64,000 nt of DNA from an uncultured Gammaproteobacteria bacterium (GTDB lineage: Bacteria; Patescibacteriota; Microgenomatia; Daviesbacterales; UBA10151): positions 34,023 to 98,022 of the forward strand of contig CAZGFG010000003.1 in NCBI GenBank assembly GCA_964524895.1, written 5' to 3'. The position numbers and the translations under genes are program-made. Under the pieces are notes generated by a model. The model had not been told where the DNA came from, made no database searches, and worked only from the letters and a program-made list of their open reading frames with translations. This document shows, in pieces, positions 60,101 through 64,000 of the stretch (the stretch's first letter is position 1; each line of letters starts with the position of its first letter).

Positions 60101-60542
60101 AAACGAAATGTACGATAAACTAAATGAGGAGCACAAAGCTGGTATGAATAAAGCTTTGCTGGTAGCAGCAGACGTATTAAAGAATCTCACAGACGTTTTC
60201 GATGCTAGAAGGTTGGTAGAAGTTCGTTATCCGAGAGCGCCTAAAAATTGGCTATATGATAATACAGAGATTTGGTATAGGGTGAAAAAATTTATCAGAT
60301 ACTCCGAGCAGTTTAGCGAGCCACCTTTTGCATATGCGACTCAAGCCAGAACCGAATTTGCTATCCGCTTATACGAAGATTACCTGGAGGCAGCTGGGTA
60401 TATTTTGCCCAGCAAACCTAGTAAAGGCAAACCTATTAAAGCCAGTATTGAATTTAGAGAGTCTTTATTCCCAGCGGAGGTTAGAGAAGAACGAGCAAAC
60501 AGAGCATACGACGCAAAGAGCAATACAATTGTCCCTGCGTGA
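57135..60542 (+). CDS. Large (1135 aa) highly charged hypothetical protein with no recognisable domains; candidate T4SS effector or cargo
   Basis: Uninterrupted 3.4-kb ORF with no TM or signal peptide and no P-loop. GC looks slightly above the local background. Co-oriented with the preceding ORF and convergent on the VirB6-like gene with a 22-bp gap. Confidence 0.5.
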   Translation: MAERLMPESAPQIILASRSGKEIGSVPISPVERETSPKSEFEHIRDQYLGAQDRYWGLCSVDSTRLPSSAAISHRLSLDEARNTLKGYKDQIMELVREAEDGHDLLVEIRQEQGDRYKELRSLPPASRSDNLGKIFAGIDWEKGLWQLPGFRALESKFKGLPNFLWEETIRSTAKDIRRDSLTEEVRDRLISRKDPRVSIEPDVDVGDHMFVELKLQREIDRLVESKVALSPYMEQVRFRVEEESEIIPAGSEWLNYAEKQVPNEAIGKVYEKVEEIRRESDRMLFVAVVRLRDEYGIDIEPDHKIVERMRTLTEARMNAKGGAETVNKGGFEYMLHFRENYANNFRGHWAATYAEDPNVALAFHYLSHGVDTQILKDSNQGEYFRGCPKEVARPKNDEIQRYQKTAQDKMIIGLASHELVLKARYDARVNDPEERRKMVLLSRSDRQKREKQIFAEERDRFLSEHPVFQETKARWDRRDAAEAATRGIPDLAKLVNVDGRLVDDKTRRDAVERIILDKIGDHDPLVDNLAYLSVINRTKNGEIDNQQKGVLIGEIRKRGISDQEKAALINEVEEGRVTQEQKDLLTDKKLWEWVEVRNKAHKDQGWYPTRWDEIRYLIDRPEKVLLRALSMEEFLQMYQSVDLPSLTPKEREKRLKAAIQSLQTAQTYMLFEGIASRYGGTRLEIKDENGKEIYSPFFAELWNILDKIEEVDFSTLPQGTGDDVDSKKIEWYKNQQHTGETAISYIAGDGKKREFVIKGKFVVRDLFRRYKMSGRLPMWSYYLTADDTALRFFADAMGVSPERKRELTEILEGERRILKQVKDKLVDAFMLDPDNNPHNLKVKARRVNWKGGNIDYRKLYDARMYWSTSGGAVATDLLPIMDLGIEDQWQMEGQEDAREFTSWVCRRDELEDREVELYNVLSPVDYNRMLGGAEELKKLIGGGKVKDRQVQGLLNDLLNGAYKIRVMAIDLGFSDWLQDQPLENLRWTNEMYDKLNEEHKAGMNKALLVAADVLKNLTDVFDARRLVEVRYPRAPKNWLYDNTEIWYRVKKFIRYSEQFSEPPFAYATQARTEFAIRLYEDYLEAAGYILPSKPSKGKPIKASIEFRESLFPAEVREERANRAYDAKSNTIVPA

Positions 60543-60564
60543 GTCATATAGATATTGGAGATAA

Positions 60565-62211
60565 CTAAACATTCTTTTTCCAGGGCCAGGGAGGGTTTTT
60601 CTTGAGCTCTTGTACCTTAGAAAGGCCTCCCAATGTTGTGCGATAAGTCGGTTCGCCTTTAGTTCTCATCACCTCTGTTTGGTCAAATAAGCCTCTAACG
60701 CTACCGCTAGCCTCCTTTATTCCACCAGTTCCCTGATTAATATAACTTTGCCCTCTCCCCATACCTGTATTTATAGCTTGTTCAATCATTTGTCCTCCTG
60801 GTCCGGGCTTACCGATAGCTTTACATATTATATCAGGAATAGCCGGAGCTGCGGTTAATGCTCCAAATGCCAGCAGTATTTGTACAAATTTTAAATTAAG
60901 ACCGCCCAGCAGTGGAAGAGCTGCGCTATCTGTTATATTAGGAGCTCCAGATATACTTAAAGGGCCAACTGTTTGTTGGAGTACAAAGGCAGCAAAGTAA
61001 AATATTGCCATAACAGCTGGGAAGGACAATACATTACAAAGCATATTTCTAACCCAATCGGTAGCAATGCTTTGCCTACCGGGCAAAGAGGCTGCCAAAA
61101 AGTGAAAAGGGGCGGTGATAGTTAAAAAGATGATACTTAAGTAGCATTGGATTAATCTAAGAAGCAGCCTTAACATGGAGTAGATCAAAGCAGCTAGAGC
61201 GATGACCCAAAAGAATGTTCCAATTATTTGCGAAGTAAAAATGGTTGCAGCCCCTATCCCGGCAATTAATCCTAGAATGGGGCTTACAAACGACGAATAA
61301 GGTCCTGCTATTTGCCCTACCTGGGCTCCGAATTGAAAAGCTACTACTCCTGCAAGGAGATGTATTGCAGTGTTAGCTGTTCCCTGAATGTTGCTTAAGA
61401 CTAGATCAATGGCATCTACAATTTCTCCGCGTGGGAACAAGGAAATAAATTGACTGAATATAGTCAGAGCGTTTTGGTTTCCAGTGTCTCTTATCAAGCT
61501 TGCTTGAGGATTTCCTGAAGTTTGGGCTGTTTGAAAGTAGTATCCAACCAGATTAGTACCAATGAAAGCAAAGTCTATAATTAAGGCTGCAAAAAAATAG
61601 CTGAAAGTAATCAATATAAGTCCTATAACCAGTCCCGGCAAGGCTGCCTGTACGGTAATAACAGTTTGAGGGTTAACCCTTTGTCTAAACATTACCATAA
61701 GCCCAATGACAACAAACACGATTGCCATAATGATATAAGAAATATTCCTGGAAACTGCCCAGAGGCTGATAATGGGGGAAAGAACTTGGTTACCTGATCC
61801 TCCAATAGTTTGTGCGTATGCTTCTTTTACAAAACCTAAATCCTGCCGCATAAAAACAAAATATTCATATGTTCGCACAGGAGGATTTAGATAAAGTGCT
61901 CCTATATAACCAATAGCTGAACCCAACACTCCATAATTTGGCTCATATTTTGGTAAGTTTCTTGTGATATCGAAAGTTTGACAAGGATATCCAAGAATAG
62001 ATTGTCCTACTAGGACGCAACTGTAAGTATGAGTCAGGCTGTTTACCAAGGCGTCAGTATATTGAGGGGAAACAGAAGGCATATAGGAATCAGAATAAGT
62101 TGCTGTACCGGTAGCTATAGGTGTAGTTTGGGCATAAACAGGAACAGTAAACAGTAAAAAGTAAAAAGTAAAAAGTACAGCAGCGATTATAAATTTTTTT
62201 GGGGCAGACAT
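60565..62211 (-). CDS. VirB6/TrbL-like polytopic inner-membrane T4SS channel protein
   Basis: Signal peptide (AVLFTFYFLLFTVPVYA), an extracytoplasmic N-domain of about 120 aa, then 7-8 TM helices with a long hydrophobic core region. C-terminal Gly-rich cytoplasmic tail. Confidence 0.5.
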   Translation of the reverse strand: MSAPKKFIIAAVLFTFYFLLFTVPVYAQTTPIATGTATYSDSYMPSVSPQYTDALVNSLTHTYSCVLVGQSILGYPCQTFDITRNLPKYEPNYGVLGSAIGYIGALYLNPPVRTYEYFVFMRQDLGFVKEAYAQTIGGSGNQVLSPIISLWAVSRNISYIIMAIVFVVIGLMVMFRQRVNPQTVITVQAALPGLVIGLILITFSYFFAALIIDFAFIGTNLVGYYFQTAQTSGNPQASLIRDTGNQNALTIFSQFISLFPRGEIVDAIDLVLSNIQGTANTAIHLLAGVVAFQFGAQVGQIAGPYSSFVSPILGLIAGIGAATIFTSQIIGTFFWVIALAALIYSMLRLLLRLIQCYLSIIFLTITAPFHFLAASLPGRQSIATDWVRNMLCNVLSFPAVMAIFYFAAFVLQQTVGPLSISGAPNITDSAALPLLGGLNLKFVQILLAFGALTAAPAIPDIICKAIGKPGPGGQMIEQAINTGMGRGQSYINQGTGGIKEASGSVRGLFDQTEVMRTKGEPTYRTTLGGLSKVQELKKNPPWPWKKNV

Positions 62212-62261
62212 ATATTAAGAGTAGACCAAAAGCATTGTACTTTGCAACTTAAATCTTCTGC

Positions 62262-62594
62262 TTAGGGTTTGGCTGATGGGCATGTAGGGAAGTTGGGTAA
62301 ATTGTTGCACAGAATGCTTAAGTCAAATCCGGTAATACCCGGTACCCCGGCAAAGGTGGCAATAAGTTGAAGAATCAACCAGGCTACTGCCAAAAATAAT
62401 ATCCCCAACAATGCCCAAGTTAAGGCTTGACCGGCTGCCTGCAATGCTTTTGGTTCCCCTCCGGAGGTTAAAAATTTAATACCACTGACAATCAGCATGA
62501 TAAAAAGAGCTACAAAAGCAAGCCCTACCGAAAAGGAGATAATTCTGGCAAATAAATCTTCAAGCTCTTTTAAGCCGGCAGGAGGTGGCCCCAT
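62262..62594 (-). CDS. VirB2/TrbC-like pilin paralog 1 (no signal peptide)
   Basis: Hairpin of two hydrophobic helices around the loop FLTSGGEPKALQAAGQ. Tandem with three similar genes. Confidence 0.5.
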   Translation of the reverse strand: MGPPPAGLKELEDLFARIISFSVGLAFVALFIMLIVSGIKFLTSGGEPKALQAAGQALTWALLGILFLAVAWLILQLIATFAGVPGITGFDLSILCNNLPNFPTCPSAKP

Positions 62595-62639
62595 ACAATA
62601 AATTTAGCATTATAAGAAGAAAGTTATCAATCCCTAGTA

Positions 62640-63035
62640 TTAGGGTTGTCTGGTGGGGGTGGGTATAGTGAACTGGGTAATGCTGGGGAAGCCCAAAAAT
62701 TGAGCTGCTACAGTAGCAAGGGCAAAAGCCACAGCCAAAACTGCCAAACCGATTAGAGCATTCAGGATTTTATTCCTGGCTTTACCGACTGCCTCCTTTT
62801 CACCGCCTGATGTGATCCACTCAAATGCTCCCCAAACCAACATAGCCAAAACTGCAATCACCGCAATAATAAAGGATAAAGTTAAAACATTGCTGATAAA
62901 ATTGCCCAAATCAGTATAGCCCAAATTAGTAGAGCCTTGTCTAGGAGGGGTTATGTTAAGAGGAACATCAGCAAATGCCACTGTTGCCGAAGATAAAAAG
63001 CCTAAAGTGGACAATCCTGCAACCATTTTTTTCAT
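62640..63035 (-). CDS. VirB2/TrbC-like pilin paralog 2
   Basis: Signal peptide MKKMVAGLSTLGFLSSATVAFA. Helix 1 ...VLAMLVWGAFEWITSGGEKEAVGKARNKI, then helix 2 LNALIGLAVLAVAFALATVAA. Confidence 0.55.
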   Translation of the reverse strand: MKKMVAGLSTLGFLSSATVAFADVPLNITPPRQGSTNLGYTDLGNFISNVLTLSFIIAVIAVLAMLVWGAFEWITSGGEKEAVGKARNKILNALIGLAVLAVAFALATVAAQFLGFPSITQFTIPTPTRQP

Positions 63036-63092
63036 AATCTAATCCTATCATAGGCAAACAAATTTTGCTTGTCAATAGCTTAAATGGGGAGA

Positions 63093-63500
63093 TTATTTTG
63101 TAGGATCAGTTTGCAGAATAGCTCTGCCGTAATCTAAATTATAGATATCTTGATTAACAAAGAAGTGAAATCCGGTGAATTCTCCTATAAGCGCCAAAAC
63201 GGCAAAAGCAATAGCCAAAAGAGCAATGCCGATTAAGGCACTGGTAATCCTTTTTTGAGCAGAAGCTATCTTTTCTTTCTCTCCGCCGGATATCAACCAC
63301 TCAAATGCTCCCCAAATTAACATAAAGATCAAAGCTACCCCTGCTATTGAATAGATTAAGGTAATTAAGTTGGACAAAAACAAACTTATTCCTGCTGCTC
63401 CTGTTTTATCTTGGTCTAAAAAAGGCCGCAGCTCTGGTGGGGGACTAACAGTCCCGAATATGTCTTTGACATCTTTACTTGCTTGAGATAACAGCTTCAT
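63093..63500 (-). CDS. VirB2/TrbC-like pilin paralog 3 (no signal peptide)
   Basis: IFMLIWGAFEWLISGGEKEKIASAQKRITSALIGIALLAIAFAVLALI. Confidence 0.55.
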   Translation of the reverse strand: MKLLSQASKDVKDIFGTVSPPPELRPFLDQDKTGAAGISLFLSNLITLIYSIAGVALIFMLIWGAFEWLISGGEKEKIASAQKRITSALIGIALLAIAFAVLALIGEFTGFHFFVNQDIYNLDYGRAILQTDPTK

Positions 63501-63502
63501 TT

Positions 63503-63883
63503 TTATCCTCCTATCAGTTGCAAATCCTTTATTCCAAAAAGGCTAGCCAGTAAAAATTGGATAATTAGAAAAGTAGCCATCAATAGTACAAATCCTATAA
63601 TAGCATGTGTGATCATTTTTTGGGCCTCCTGTAGTTGTTCTTTCTCGCCTCCGGAAGTAAGGTATTTAAAAGCCCCCCAGATAAAATAGACAACTACGGC
63701 AGCAGCAGCCACAGAGAAGGTAGGGGCTACCAAATAGTTTGTACCGGACCCCAAGTCTTTAATATCCCCAAATCCGAAAGTGTCTCCTATGTCTACCTTA
63801 GCCAGAACCGGAGAAGCAAAAAATAGACTGCCGGTCGCTGTTACAAGCCCGAGGATAAACATAAAGATTCTTCTTTGATTCAT
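63503..63883 (-). CDS. VirB2/TrbC-like pilin paralog 4
   Basis: Signal peptide MNQRRIFMFILGLVTATGSLFFASPVLA, then VVVYFIWGAFKYLTSGGEKEQLQEAQKMITHAIIGFVLLMATFLII. Confidence 0.55.
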   Translation of the reverse strand: MNQRRIFMFILGLVTATGSLFFASPVLAKVDIGDTFGFGDIKDLGSGTNYLVAPTFSVAAAAVVVYFIWGAFKYLTSGGEKEQLQEAQKMITHAIIGFVLLMATFLIIQFLLASLFGIKDLQLIGG

Positions 63884-64000
63884 GGGTTAACCCCTTCCAA
63901 CGGCACCCCTCCTTTAATGGGGAAAATACCTGCTGCCCATTGGGTGACCAGATAGGCCAATATAACAATTACCAGACCCACCAACGCCCAAGTGATACGG
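63880..64000 (-). CDS. 3' end of a fifth VirB2/TrbC-like paralog, truncated by the window edge
   Basis: Reverse-strand translation ...RITWALVGLVIVILAYLVTQWAAGIFPIKGGVPLEGVNP* resembles the C-terminal helix and tail of the other paralogs. Its TGA stop overlaps the ATG of paralog 4 (ATGA). Confidence 0.45.
   Translation of the reverse strand, partial: RITWALVGLVIVILAYLVTQWAAGIFPIKGGVPLEGVNP

Noticed and set aside
57135-60542. VirD4 coupling protein or relaxase identity for the 1135-aa ORF
   Set aside because: It has no Walker A/B, no HUH or relaxase His-triad motifs, and no TM anchor.
1-64000. tRNA, rRNA, CRISPR repeats, IS elements or integrases
   Set aside because: All intergenic regions over 40 nt were scanned by eye. 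I found no cloverleaf-compatible sequence with CCA or TΨC-like boxes. I found no regularly spaced direct repeats and no transposase or integrase motifs (DDE, tyrosine-recombinase R..H..R..Y).

Overview
The window is a gene-dense, low-GC chromosomal segment (GC estimated by eye at roughly 40%). It looks like a Patescibacteria/CPR-type bacterium, though this cannot be confirmed from sequence alone. It uses the standard genetic code, with TGA, TAA and TAG all acting as stops. Genes are tightly packed with frequent 1-8 nt overlaps, often ATGA start/stop overlaps. MetRS and ValRS are shortened, and there is an epimerase-DUF4012 fusion.

Content in order:
- 1-11.5 kb: housekeeping and cell-wall genes. 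These are the uvrD/pcrA 3' end, a G5+3D-domain protein, a FemAB-family protein, a cupredoxin, an M24 peptidase, sbcD-NUDIX-sbcC, and metG followed by tatD.
- 12.4-16.6 kb: a lipid-linked glycan cluster. It has a GT2 membrane synthase, a small membrane protein, a WecA/MraY-family transferase, and a UbiA-family enzyme resembling decaprenyl-phosphate phosphoribosyltransferase.
- 16.6-26.7 kb: PEGA/SH3b protein, M23 peptidase, groES-groEL, an orphan nucleotidyltransferase-like gene, murB, an alpha/beta hydrolase, a solute-binding protein and a VanW-family protein.
- 26.7-30.6 kb: a block of unknown minus-strand ORFs around a solo Cas4-like PD-(D/E)XK nuclease and a 2H phosphoesterase (thpR-like), then acyP.
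- 30.6-41.7 kb: tsaD, valS, rplY, and a surface-polysaccharide cluster (epimerase-DUF4012, rnhA, Wzx-like flippase, O-antigen-ligase-like).
- 41.7-46.9 kb: the replication-origin neighbourhood. It runs jag, yidC, yidD, rnpA, rpmH (unannotated 47-aa ORF), then DnaA boxes, dnaA, DnaA boxes plus AT-rich DNA, a small PD-(D/E)XK (Hjc-like) nuclease gene, and dnaN.
- 46.9-64.0 kb: a type IV secretion-like locus directly after dnaN, which is the strongest candidate for the new system. It contains secreted lipase-like proteins sharing a novel C-terminal domain, a VirB1-like SLT+C39 hydrolase, a VirB4 ATPase split into N- and C-terminal ORFs, and a VirB3-like fusion protein. It also has a VirB6/TrbL-like polytopic membrane protein and at least five tandem VirB2/TrbC-like pilin paralogs. 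Two large, oppositely oriented ORFs of unknown function (446 and 1135 aa) are embedded in it, behind a structured GC-rich leader that ends in a terminator hairpin.

No rRNA, tRNA, CRISPR array, transposase or integrase was found.
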